A stretch of 64,000 bases of DNA from Somniosus microcephalus. Lineage: Eukaryota. The position numbers and the translations under genes are program-made. Positions 56,201-64,000 of the stretch are shown one piece after another; the stretch's first letter is position 1; every line of letters begins with the position of its first letter. The stretch spans positions 27,032,001 to 27,096,000 of the forward strand of contig CM126234.1 of NCBI GenBank assembly GCA_052327205.1. Direction: 5' to 3'. Under the pieces are notes generated by a model that saw nothing but the letters and a program-made list of their open reading frames with translations, searched no databases and was not told the origin of the DNA.

Positions 56201-56450
56201 ACCCCTCTCCTACCCCTTCCACACCCCTCGACTCTTTCATCGCTTCTCTCCTCTCTCATTTCTATCAGACCTTGGTATGTCCTACTCGGTGTTCTCAAAT
56301 ACCATGACCACCCCTGCATCCATACCCCGTAACTCCTATCGGAGCTCTCCTGGACTCTTGTGCTGCTCTACTCATCTTTCCCTGCCTCCCCAACAATTCT
56401 TACTGACTGATCCCAGGATTACCATCTTGACCTAATCAATGCACATGACG

Positions 56451-56482
<32 letters not shown>

Positions 56483-59400
56483 ACCTTTCCACTACTGCAA
56501 CGTGGTTCCTATGATCTACCTACTGACTAAATGGGACACCTTCCCTATCATCTTTCTCTGTATCTGGGAGTTTTTTTTAATATAAAAAGGGTAACCGATA
56601 AAGCTAACTTTTAACAGCAATTGAAACAGTTGATTTACAATTTCCATGCATTTGTGCACATCATAAAATTTGAGACCAATTTTATTGCTTACATTTTAAT
56701 AAAAATGTAATTTGACTTCTTCAATCACTAAATCAATGGCCTTGATATGTTGTAGATTACATAGTATGAAACTTATCCTTTGACTCATTGCCAGCAACAC
56801 CATGGGAGATTTGCTAGTAAATATCTGTTGCATATTAAAAATGCAAGGGTGGGCACAACATTCCATGCAGTACCTGTTACGCCGTTAGGTGGTACTGTGA
56901 TGGGTAATTGCAACGTTCAATCAGGTGACATTACACAACAACAGCCAACCTACATAATGTCTAGCCCAACTGTGGTGGAAAGATTCCACAGATCAGGAAA
57001 GGAGACTTCATAAAATCTCCTCCTTCCAGCTGAGAAATAAATTTGGGCTCGTACCAGAAAAAGGCACTCCCCACAATGAGCGAGTGTGGGGTGCAGCGGG
57101 GCGTGAGAGTGGCGCAGCAGGGCGAGTGCACACAACACGCGAGAGTGAGTGAGATGGGGAGTTGCCGCAGGTGGGTGAAGGGGTTGAGAGTGATTTGGGC
57201 AGGGGGAAGAAAGAGACTGGGTGAGGGATTGAGGGAGGCAGGTTTGGGGAAGGAAGCGGGAGAAGGGGAGTCGAGGAACGTGACATGTTCGTGACAAACT
57301 CCCATCATCCCCATTAAAACAATTTTCCAATTAAACATTGTGCCCCACCCACTGTTCAACACTCAACATGGAGATAATCTTCCCCCAGCATGCACAATCG
57401 CACTCGCAGTGTCAGGCCCCCTACATGAAGACTACTTTCGCCAGTGCACTCTTGCGCTCTCTCTCTCTCCTATTGAATACTCTCCTCTCGTTCTTTCTCT
57501 CTCTTGTTCTCAGGCTCTCTCTCACTCACTATCATGCGCGTTTGCGTGCGCGCACACACACCATCATAAAGACAACATTCAGTGCACACTTGGCACATTC
57601 AGACATAAATGTTACATCTATACAAGAAAGTAACTTGTGTGGATATTTTTATGCAAATTGTATTTTTTATTTGTGTATATATGTGTATATATCGGTAAAA
57701 AGCTTACAATATACATTCAATTTATTTTTCAACTAAATTAACTAATTTCTACATTATTTCTCATTTACTTTTTTTGCGTTCTCAATCACATCATATAAAA
57801 TTCCTCATTATGTAAAAATAGACATGCAATTGTGAATTTAGCGGCTGAAAGTACCATCAACAGTACTCTACAATAGAAACACAGATTTATTCAAACAATG
57901 TCAATCATTGGTCCCCATAATATATTGTGCGTTAGATGGGATAAAACAGCAGATCAACAGATCCTCAGACTCCTTGTGAGCAAAGTAACAGGAGATCCGT
58001 GTGTGCGTACTAGCAAATCTCCCGTGGAGGTACTCGTGGTGAGTCGCAATTGTATGACAGGGGGTAACATTTACAGGAAGTAAGTACGACACTTGCAATT
58101 GATTGACTGGGGTATGGTATACATAAGAGAACCAGGGGGGAGATGAGAGTTTTTTAATGCAGCTAGTTATGAACTTGAATGCACTTCAATAGTAATTTTC
58201 CAAAGGAAATTGGATATGTACTGTATTTGAAAAGGAAAAATTTGCAGGGCTACAGGGAAAGAGCAGGGGAGTGGGACTAATTGGCTAGCTCTTGCAAAGA
58301 GCCGGCACAGGCATGATGGGCCAAATGGCCGCCTTCTGTGCTATATCATTGTTTGAGTATGCAGGCCTCCCAACTGAGCAGGATTGGAACACACCAATCA
58401 ACATGTCGTAAGTGGGACTGTAAATGTAAGCGACACCTTCAGGATCCGCAAACTGCTACCAATTTTTTTTTTTAAAGGGTCTAGTGAAATCGGTGTAAAT
58501 TTTAGGCTGCCATCTTTTTCACTCACCCAGTTGACTTATACAGGGTAGCAAATGCAATTTATAGCTAATGTAAAAAATTTAAATAATTTGCAAAAACTAT
58601 ATTTACACAGAAAATTGCCCAACTCTGTTGAAAATGCAGAAGATGCACATTGCTGAAACCTGAGGCCTAAGGTCCATTCCTGGGCTGGGCTTTGAGTTTG
58701 GTTTTGAGTCTGCTGTCTGGCTCTGGTGCAGCTGTGGCTGGTCTTGGGAGCAATGGCATGGTAGATGCACTTTTGGGGGATGGGCAGGCAGAAAAAACCT
58801 GTCCCTGCCCACTGTCAGTCTGTTGTTTGCTGACTCCTGACTCCGCATGTGCATCTGACATGCACTCCCTTGCTTGTGTATACTTGCGAACCCTTGACTT
58901 CTGGTGCACTTGCTCTGATTTGTCTGTCCTTTCATATCAAATTCTTTCCTCCCATCCCATAAAACAAGGAACAAGCTTACAAAGAAACCAAGCTCAAACT
59001 TGTTGCCTTGCACAAATCCCAAAGACGTGTTGGCTTTCTGGTACTTGCGACAGAATTAGCGACTGACCAGATGAACAGCAAAATAGAATCGGGAATGTAA
59101 GGACATTTTTTTTTAAAGGCAGAGATTATACGAATGCCAGATAGATACAGATGGGGGAGGTCATTAAGCCCATTTTAGTTCATCCATCCAGAAGAAATAA
59201 AAACTTGCATCATATCACCCAAATATCTATTGAGTTTTATGCCTCCACGAACTGATCTGGAAGAGCTTTCCAAGTGTTGATCACGCTTTCCATGAAGAAG
59301 TGCTTTGTAATATCAGTCGTTTAATTTTCCTTTCACCAGTTTAACCAATGCCTCTTGATTCTAGTATCTGGCATATATTGAAGTAACGTTCTGCAATGAC

Positions 59401-61273
59401 CTTGCCAATGCCGTTTAATATCTTGTATGCTTCTATCAGGTCTCCTCTCAGTCGCCTCCTTTAAGAGCCCCAGTTTCTCCAGTTTTTCTTTGTAACCTAA
59501 ACTTTAGAAAAGATTGGATAAACCAATCCAGTAAATAACAATAATTGGTGAAGATGCAGAGAAATTAGTGAGATGGAAATATTATACCATCTAGCCCATG
59601 CCTGTCCTGCAAAGTACTGCATCCCTCTTAAATTTATTAGATAGAAATAAATCTTTAAAAAAAAATAAAAACGAGGGAAAGAAAGCCAGCCATTTCATGC
59701 TGGGGTTTTCTGCCCTGGAACCAGTAACTTCGAAGCAGCCACAACTGCCCCATAATTGACCTCCGGAGTTTACAAACCACGACAGTTAGCTGCACATTTG
59801 CCTGCTTACACCGCTTCCCCACAGAGGGAGTACTCGAGCGGTCTGGCCTTAAACGGACAGGCCACATTAGACACAACTCCATCTTAGCAGCAAACCCTCG
59901 CAACTGTGCTCCAGACTATTGAAGTAGTGCCACAGGAGATCACCTAGTCATATTTAAGTCATTGCAATTCTATTCCTCTTGTACACCTCTGCTAATTCAC
60001 ACTTTCTGAAAAATGTTAAATTAATGTAGTAGTGTATTTCGAAATATAGAAATTGTGTTCTGGCAAAAAAAAATTGCCATTATCTAATTTTTCCCAAGTG
60101 ACTTATAATTGGCATGGGTCTCAAAGGATATGCCATTACAGATTCCTGCAGTAATCTAACTGGTGCTGACTGTTGGGAAGCATAGATATTTCATTTTAAA
60201 TTGATAGTTGGGTCTCCAGCCTTTTTGAAGTTTCCAGGCTGCTTCTTTTCCTTCCTAGTTTTCTGTAGACACCCATATTTTGGCCCATTGAGAGAGCAAG
60301 TTAATGGACCCTGTCTTCTCCCATGCTTTCTAATGTCGTTCAGCTTGGCTGAAAAGGTGCACGCATCCATGGAAAGACATGGACAAAGTACTTGTTCTCT
60401 CCACAATGGAACATCCTAACTGCCGGCTTAAATGAAAATTGGCAAACCAATTGCATTTACGAGTAAGTGGGTTAGAGTATGTTGCTCCTTGGCAATGGTT
60501 TGAGGGCACTGGATTGGAACAGTACCATTATGCTGCTTTCTTATACTGTGTATTAATTACATTTACTTGCAGTCTTTTATTCTTGCTTTAAACTTTACTT
60601 TGTTTAGAAACAGAAATATTGTAGTCAATATTTACTTCAGTTTGTGGTGTTTCTATTTTGCTTTCTATTGCACATAAAAGCACTTTACTTTTTTTTAACC
60701 CTTTCCTGGATGGACTTTTCCAGAATTGGGCTTCAACACTGTCAATCCACCTTGCTGTCAATTTGACTGTAAAGGCCAGACTACCTTCCACTTACACTGT
60801 TCATGCAGCACATTGGGCATCCATTCATGGCCTTTGTGAATGCACTCTCTTAACTGACGATTTGACTGTAAAGGCCAGACTAGGATCCATTTGCACAGTC
60901 CATTTTATTGTTTTGTTTACAGGTGTATCTATGGTATGGTCTATTTGTAATTTGATCAGTCCACCACACTGACCATTGAGCTAATTCTAGAATCCAGGCT
61001 TTCTGGCTAACAACATGCTGATATCAGTGGAGACCCTGAAATACTGCAGGTCACTTTGACCTTTGTCATGAATCTTGTTTGCTTTGGGCCATGCACAGTG
61101 ATTGGGCTGTGTTATCATGCTGCAGGGATGGTTGTGGACTTTTTAGGTTGGAACGGGTTAAATGGTTTTTGCTTGCTACTGTTCATTTTTTTCCTTTTGT
61201 TTTTATTGTACTTTTGGGTTTTTAGGTTTCGATCTCAGTCCTTTCCACGCAGACAGCTCCCTCTCTCCCTTTG
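5131..61273 (+). CDS. KMT2D: Histone-lysine N-methyltransferase 2D (KMT2D/MLL4), partial multi-exon gene (24 exons in window)
   Basis: Phase-consistent GT-AG exon chain. Peptides match KMT2D rather than KMT2C: [84 protein letters not shown]. Also [19 protein letters not shown] and [19 protein letters not shown]. Many exon lengths equal those I recall for human KMT2D. Confidence 0.93.
5821..6071 (+). CDS. KMT2D: KMT2D exon 3, 251 nt, pre-ePHD region
   Basis: ttttgtccag|C...ACAG|gtgaaa; [25 protein letters not shown]...ALFEST. Confidence 0.95.
7035..7445 (+). mobile_element. Deu-domain SINE (SacSINE1-like)
   Basis: tRNA-like head (ggcttagttggta...ggttcaaa), ctgagggagtgctgcattgtc, and the Deu-like block ggatcttgctgtgcgcaaaatggctgctgcattt. 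Confidence 0.7.
8495..8604 (+). CDS. KMT2D: KMT2D exon 4, 110 nt, ePHD
   Basis: tccacag|GG...CAG|gtaaga; [16 protein letters not shown]...[11 protein letters not shown]. Confidence 0.96.
9645..9807 (+). CDS. KMT2D: KMT2D exon 5, 163 nt, ePHD
   Basis: ttttgcag|AAA...ATAG|gtacta; [14 protein letters not shown]...[25 protein letters not shown]. Confidence 0.96.
9950..10310 (+). mobile_element. AmnSINE2-like SINE
   Basis: aaggtcccaggttcaatc B-box-like segment, gcaattggtctc, and tgacccctattagaaagtgc. Confidence 0.6.
10907..12580 (-). mobile_element. Young CR1 LINE, 5'-truncated, ORF2 reverse transcriptase with frameshift/deletion
   Basis: ORFs 12002-12484 and 11027-11926 carry [35 protein letters not shown] and KFADDTKL; (ctatgttt)n-type tail at 10907. 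Confidence 0.95.
12583..12745 (-). mobile_element. CR1 3' end of another subfamily
   Basis: catagaatatacagcacagaaagaggccatttagcccaacc; minus-strand peptide DAFKGKLD. Confidence 0.75.
14509..14680 (+). CDS. KMT2D: KMT2D exon 6, 172 nt, PHD finger
   Basis: cattttag|CA...GCAG|gtttgt; [34 protein letters not shown]...[13 protein letters not shown]. Confidence 0.95.
15106..15220 (+). CDS. KMT2D: KMT2D exon 7, 115 nt, PHD finger
   Basis: ccatgcag|G...AAG|gtgggt; [38 protein letters not shown]. Confidence 0.96.
16590..16777 (+). CDS. KMT2D: KMT2D exon 8, 188 nt, zinc-knuckle linker and start of extra PHD
   Basis: tttctgcag|AAC...CAAAA|gtaagt; [31 protein letters not shown]...VCTICGK...LNCHICQ. 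Confidence 0.94.
17639..17790 (+). CDS. KMT2D: KMT2D exon 9, 152 nt, end of extra PHD
   Basis: attctcag|G...TCAG|gtatgg; [26 protein letters not shown]. Confidence 0.92.
18955..19125 (+). mobile_element. 3' end of a non-LTR retrotransposon with poly(A) tail
   Basis: gggatgggcactaaatgcaggcctagccagcgatgcccacatccc followed by an A tract; the same tail ends the element at 51560-53035 and recurs near 33870. Confidence 0.8.
19339..19449 (+). CDS. KMT2D: KMT2D probable exon 10, 111 nt, phase 1-1
   Basis: tttcctgttgtgcag|AG...GAGG|gtgaga; open purine-rich frame [37 protein letters not shown]. No recognisable homology; support is splice sites and phase only. Confidence 0.7.
20130..21850 (+). mobile_element. 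Older CR1 ORF2 fragment (+) split by a nested minus-strand CR1
   Basis: gctgaggtactaaatgag (AEVLNE) ending near 20368 resumes as ctttgcatctgtcttcacaaaagaagag (FASVFTKEE) near 21662. Confidence 0.85.
20370..21661 (-). mobile_element. Young CR1 LINE RT/3' end, containing an inverted CR1 3' end at 20628-20773
   Basis: ORFs 20456-21424 and 21312-21599 ([21 protein letters not shown]); closely similar to the 10907-12050 copy. Confidence 0.93.
22290..22670 (-). mobile_element. Deu-domain SINE
   Basis: ggggcttgaacccacaatcttctg (reverse B-box) and gtgccatgggatctttaac, resembling the 7035 copy. Confidence 0.65.
22776..23089. mobile_element. MITE of Tc1/mariner-pogo (Tigger-like) type
   Basis: TA|CAGGAAACTTTCGATTTACCGGCACC ... 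GGTGCCGGATAAAAAAAAGTTTTCTG|TA: imperfect TIRs with TA target duplication. Confidence 0.8.
23205..23960. mobile_element. Non-autonomous DNA transposon (MITE) with GC-rich arms and AT-rich centre
   Basis: 19-bp TIR TGGCCCAGAAATTYGGGTC at 23205-23223 and 23942-23960; no clear TSD. Confidence 0.8.
24167..25275 (+). CDS. KMT2D: KMT2D exon 11, 1109 nt, acidic low-complexity linker
   Basis: Lies within the 399-aa ORF 24118-25317; ttgtttcgatag|AT...CAG|gtgagg; ends [14 protein letters not shown]...[13 protein letters not shown]. Confidence 0.92.
25510..26170 (-). mobile_element. Old CR1 3' fragment
   Basis: acagtacagaagaaaaccattcagcc 3' end and taactgtggcctaaccaatg. Confidence 0.6.
26190..27315 (+). 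mobile_element. L2 LINE RT fragments with a minus-strand Deu-type SINE inserted (approx. 26650-26935)
   Basis: L2 text (atggccttaatcaaagtc, catgtacgctgacga = MYAD) on both sides of a SINE with cagcactccctcagtactg and tgaacccgcaaccttctgactc. Confidence 0.7.
27833..27946 (+). CDS. KMT2D: KMT2D exon 12, 114 nt, RG-rich
   Basis: ttcgacag|GGC...GGG|gtaaga; [29 protein letters not shown]. Confidence 0.95.
28465..29030 (+). mobile_element. L2 LINE 3' end, relatively young
   Basis: [17 protein letters not shown]...[12 protein letters not shown]; tail aaatacaagttgttgttgt. Confidence 0.88.
29502..29684. mobile_element. Small palindromic MITE, Kolobok/T2-like
   Basis: Ends ctaaagatgatccaggtccc and gggacctgatctttaa; internal imperfect palindrome cacttccgtgatgtcagc...gctgatgtcacggatgtg. 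Confidence 0.5.
29860..29967 (+). CDS. KMT2D: KMT2D exon 13, 108 nt
   Basis: ctgtctcag|TCT...CAG|gtagga; [36 protein letters not shown]. Confidence 0.94.
30317..30522 (-). mobile_element. CR1 3' end
   Basis: Close reverse complement of 34510-34718. Confidence 0.85.
30540..31560 (-). mobile_element. Highly decayed LTR-retroelement (Gypsy-like) integrase relic
   Basis: Broken minus-strand motifs in integrase order: WPG with Cys, VVD, QG-like, PQ.S and LRST. Many frameshifts. Confidence 0.4.
31971..32075 (+). CDS. KMT2D: KMT2D exon 14, 105 nt, PHD (second cluster)
   Basis: tctttcag|GAT...AAG|gtatgg; [35 protein letters not shown]. Confidence 0.97.
32650..32831 (+). CDS. KMT2D: KMT2D exon 15, 182 nt, PHD
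   Basis: tcttgcag|ATC...TG|gtgagt; [22 protein letters not shown]...[32 protein letters not shown]. Confidence 0.97.
32870..33205 (-). mobile_element. AmnSINE2-like SINE, partial
   Basis: gccattgtttgcatgtgagcc and ggtcaattgtagcactcttaccact shared with other copies. Confidence 0.55.
33322..33513 (-). mobile_element. Possible short solo LTR
   Basis: Starts TG and ends CA; minus-strand TATAAATA followed by ATTAAA; composition distinct from flanks; no clean TSD. Confidence 0.4.
33945..34718 (+). mobile_element. CR1 LINE 3' part
   Basis: [24 protein letters not shown]...RGDLIEVF plus CR1 3' UTR. Confidence 0.92.
35104..35268 (+). CDS. KMT2D: KMT2D exon 16, 165 nt, linker/PHD
   Basis: tcttgcag|G...CG|gtaggc; [37 protein letters not shown]...LLIQCHHCD. 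Confidence 0.96.
35949..36058 (+). CDS. KMT2D: KMT2D exon 17, 110 nt, PHD end
   Basis: gtttgcag|G...ATTG|gtgagt; [37 protein letters not shown]. Confidence 0.96.
36559..36609 (+). CDS. KMT2D: KMT2D exon 18, 51 nt
   Basis: atttgtag|TT...CCAG|gtgagt; [16 protein letters not shown]. Confidence 0.9.
36711..36923 (+). CDS. KMT2D: KMT2D exon 19, 213 nt
   Basis: atatgcag|AG...AAAG|gtgagg; [31 protein letters not shown]. Confidence 0.92.
37375..37518 (+). CDS. KMT2D: KMT2D exon 20, 144 nt
   Basis: ttttaaag|TT...CCTG|gtaggc; ends [16 protein letters not shown]. Confidence 0.9.
38447..38566 (+). CDS. KMT2D: KMT2D exon 21, 120 nt
   Basis: tttttcag|GA...GAAG|gtgtgt; [15 protein letters not shown]. 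Confidence 0.93.
38960..39520 (-). mobile_element. L2 LINE 3' end
   Basis: caacttgtatttatatagcaccttt tail; minus-strand peptide [11 protein letters not shown]...PITPVL..LHWFP. Confidence 0.8.
40512..40645 (+). CDS. KMT2D: KMT2D exon 22, 134 nt
   Basis: ttcctgcag|GT...CAG|gtactg; ends [20 protein letters not shown]. Confidence 0.94.
42185..42880. repeat. Minisatellite of about 23 units: a 29-bp block followed by a 30-bp block
   Basis: CAGTCGCATTGCCGCAAAGGGGGTCTGAG x5 exact from 42270, plus variants; CAGTCGCATKGCAGCAAGGGGGCRCGTGGC x10 from 42538. Confidence 0.97.
45965..46330 (+). mobile_element. AmnSINE2-like SINE
   Basis: cagaccaggaaggttccaggtttgatccctggtctgtg head and gccttcaggagaggagg tail. 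Confidence 0.65.
46440..48100 (-). mobile_element. Ancient RTE-clade LINE reverse transcriptase relic
   Basis: Minus-strand motifs in RT order: [48 protein letters not shown]; multiple stops and frameshifts. Confidence 0.75.
49803..49974 (+). CDS. KMT2D: KMT2D exon 23, 172 nt
   Basis: tctgacag|GAA...AGGG|gtgagg; [14 protein letters not shown] continues AYLQ from the previous exon. Confidence 0.93.
51560..53035 (+). mobile_element. Degraded non-LTR retrotransposon (CR1/L2/Jockey group) RT and 3' end
   Basis: [57 protein letters not shown]; tail ccagtgtcgcccacatccc. Confidence 0.85.
53687..53788 (+). CDS. KMT2D: KMT2D probable exon, 102 nt, phase 1-1
   Basis: ttaattacag|CAG...ATGG|gtaagt; open frame [33 protein letters not shown]; strong donor. 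Confidence 0.8.
55960..56440 (+). mobile_element. Degraded L2-like LINE fragment
   Basis: C/T-rich sequence resembling the other L2 relics; no intact motif. Confidence 0.4.
58120..58350 (+). mobile_element. CR1 3' end
   Basis: gcagggctacagggaaagagcaggggagtgggactaattgg...ccttctgtgct; reverse complement of the 443-600 type. Confidence 0.85.
59130..59500 (-). mobile_element. Old CR1 3' fragment
   Basis: cttgtatgcttctatcaggtctcctctcagtcgcc encodes [12 protein letters not shown] on the minus strand. Confidence 0.7.
61226..61273 (+). CDS. KMT2D: KMT2D candidate 48-nt microexon, phase 1-1
   Basis: Long U-rich tract, tttttag|GT...TTTG|gtaagc; frame-preserving [16 protein letters not shown]. Confidence 0.7.
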
Positions 61274-61869
61274 GTAAGCAGTCAGACCCTCTCGCCACTC
61301 TTTGCGTGTTCACGTGTTAACATCAGTAGTTTGTACCTGGGTGCTTGTATGTCTGCTTGCGTTTTCATAGAGGATATTCACATGACATCACCAGTCTATT
61401 CAGCAGGTTACTGGTCAAGTGCTTAAAGATAATTGTTTTTTTTTTTAGCAATTGTGAACGTCAAAACCAATAAAGATTTTTTTTTTTGCTTTCCTGCCTT
61501 AAATTTTCTGAAATTCTATCTGTAAAATGCATGTGAAAATCAGTTTGCATTCACAAAATATCTCCGAAGTAACAATTGTGATCTTAGATTGTCCTGCGTT
61601 GCATTTTATACCTAATCAAATATTTGTATTGTTGTGGAGGTGTAGTGACTGGAATAAAAAAATGTTGAGGCGCGGAAGTTTTTCAGCGACCATCAGTAGA
61701 CTGAGCATGCACAAGTCGTATTGCTGATTATTGGTTCAAATATCATTCATGGTAATAAGTGCCAAGATTTACAAAAGATGAATTTTGTTCGCACCTCAAT
61801 ATTTATTTGTAACCTGATTTGGCAGTTTGTTCAAAGGATTTCCCCGTCTGCTGTGTAAAAAATATTATG

Positions 61870-62250
61870 GTGGTTCCTAGTGCCCAAGTTGATCAATGCA
61901 CCATGTGGTGTGACCCTGAGCCTTACAGACCACAAGGTCCCAGATTTGCTGCCTGGCCTGTGCTGAATGAGATGACCTCAGATGGGATGCAGTTGTGGTG
62001 CCACATTTGTTCCCACTCCTGATCACCACCAATAGCCCCCCCCCACCCCCAGTTGAAAGTGTGCATTTGTGGATTTTGAGTGAGGTCAGCATTGGGCTTG
62101 GCTTTGATGCACTCCAATGTTGAATAGCCTGCAGAACTTCAGTGTGGACAATGGCTACTTGGAATGAGGTACTGTCGGGCTGTCAACACCCACGCAACTG
62201 TATCCCAGCAAGTGTCAAGTGCCTTCAGCAGAGGGGGGTGAAAATTGGGT
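61870..62250 (+). mobile_element. AmnSINE2-like SINE
   Basis: acagaccacaaggtcccag, gggcttggctttgatgc, gaatagcctgc, atggctacttgg, and gccttcagcagagggggg. Confidence 0.65.
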
Positions 62251-63852
62251 TGGGGGAGATATTTTGTTAAAAGGGCTCCTCATGGTGATCAGTATCACTG
62301 GCACAGAATGAAGTATATTAATGGGTTTGGGAAGTTGATGTTAATGTATCCAAGCTAAGCCGTGCACAAGATACTGAATTGGCTACTGTTAATTGAAATT
62401 GTTGGCAATCAGCTAATTTGTTTATTTTGTTGCGTGTCCTGCAGAGAGTTGAGCAATGAGATGATGTCAAGGTTGTAAATTTTAATTTGAAACCGTGCTA
62501 ATTGTGATTATTGCAGACCTTCAATAGAATTTGTGTTGACTGTTGCCCTATGCATGCTTTCTATCGATATGGTGGCACAGTGCATATCTTCTATTCAACA
62601 TCTTTATCACTGATTCAGTGCAAGTTGACTTTTTGCTGGATTTCTTTTGCACATTGTTATCCATCAGAACAACCTGTAAAACCTTTGGCAGTTCATGTAA
62701 AGATTTCCCATCCTGCAGGAAAATAGTATGCTCAACTGGGGTACTAGTAGAGTGGGGTAAACTGTTGGGAACTGATGGTTCTGCTGTAGCCAAACTAAAG
62801 CATTAAGAAGGAAGTACATGCATAAGGAATTGGACTCAATGATCTATTACTAATCTTAACCCCAAGTGAGTTTTTTAAAGGCAAAATTAATTTAAAAAAA
62901 GTTTTGAAAATATAGTGGGGTAATCTATTTGTTTCAAAATCTAGCAGGCTTGGGTTTACCAGGACAGCCATATGCCTTGGGTCTGCTAAGTTCAGTTGGA
63001 GATAGCTCATGAGCAAACCCCGCCAACCAATGTGGAAACAGCTAGCTACAATCCTGAGACAACTCTGCCTTCCTAGCTGATAGAGGATGCGTGGAGCTCA
63101 AAAGGGTTAAGTGGGGAAGAAATTGGGGAGAAACCCCCCATTTCAAAGTTAAGCTGGTTATTTGTTTACATTTTATGCTTGTTTTTGTTGCTTGGCTTCT
63201 TAATGTATGTTTCAAAAAACTGACTGCTTTCATTCGTACACCTTTCACCTGGTGTTGCCAGTTTGGACTTATCCAGAGCCACTTATATAGCGTTTCCACC
63301 ACGAGATAAATTAAAATTTATCCTGTGCCGAGACTAATAATATTACACTCTGATCTACTTTTTGTGTTGTAACCAAGGGCAGCTCTGTCACAAAATTGGC
63401 CCTGATTTACTACTTCCCCAGAGAGTTGGCGAGAGTTGCACTGAACAAAGTCGGAGATATTTCACAGTTTCATTCCTGTTTCAGAAAGTGATGGCCAATC
63501 CTGTATTTAGACTTCTGCATACAAAACCCGAGTTCCAAATAATGCCACAACCTGGGAGTGAGTTCCACAGGCAAGCGGAAGAGTGTGTGAAGCTTTGCTG
63601 CTGGTACTCTGTAGACATTTTGGATTAGTTCAGAATGTTGAGCTGCAACTATGGTGGAGCTCGTCTTCCTGGCATGCACCATTCATGACCTTTGTGAATG
63701 CACTGTTCCTGGTCTGGTTTGAGTACTAGCAGCTCGTATTCCCCTCTAGTGTTCTCTTGTAGTAGACTTCACCCCAAATACCCCACCCCATATAATTTCT
63801 TGCAGTTCACTGGCCTAGACATAGTAATCATTGTGAGGGGTGGAACTTGGTA

Positions 63853-63996
63853 CAGGTAGACTACCCTTTATCCGAACTTCTGAAAACCGAAACCCTCTAA
63901 AAACCGAAGGTTTTTTCGGTCAGCGTAAGTCGTGCGCACGACATGACCAGAGTGGCGCACGACTTACAGGCCTAGCCGGATAAGGGATAGTGTAGC
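63853..63996. mobile_element. Small Tigger/pogo-like MITE at the window end
   Basis: TA|CAGGTAGACTACCCTTTATCCG ... CGGATAAGGGATAGTGTAG; internal gtaagtcgtgcgc/gcgcacgacttac inverted pair. Confidence 0.6.
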
Positions 63997-64000
63997 ATTT

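Noticed and set aside
5131-61273. Assignment to KMT2C (MLL3)
   Set aside because: Diagnostic peptides ([38 protein letters not shown]) and the direct KQ-GR junction fit KMT2D better.
62404-62475. miR-34/449-like caatcagctaa, or a small exon after tcctgcag
   Set aside because: No pairing arm for a pre-miRNA; the exon reading hits a stop in the required phase and the donor is weak.

Overview
This is eukaryotic vertebrate genomic DNA. The repeat content (CR1 and L2 LINEs, Deu-domain SINEs, AmnSINE2-like SINEs) points to a cartilaginous fish, probably a shark. The window appears to lie inside one + strand gene, KMT2D (MLL2/MLL4, H3K4 methyltransferase). I traced 24 GT-AG exons from 5131 to 61273. 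They total 4275 nt (about 1425 codons) and their phases chain without a stop. They encode the N-terminal extended PHD plus three PHD fingers, an acidic linker, the second PHD cluster and the following basic region. The first coding exon and the HMG/FYR/SET part of the gene lie outside the window. Introns hold young and old CR1 LINEs (including a triple-nested insertion forming a long hairpin), L2, RTE and Gypsy-like relics, SINEs, MITEs and a two-block 29/30-bp minisatellite. I found no convincing new biological system. The best leads are ancestral KMT2C-like features kept in this KMT2D (an extra intact PHD finger and an AT-hook-like motif), a short exon 10, a candidate 48-nt microexon and repeat-driven RNA duplexes. 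Comparisons with human KMT2C/KMT2D and all repeat family names come from recalled sequences, not database searches. Repeat boundaries are approximate.
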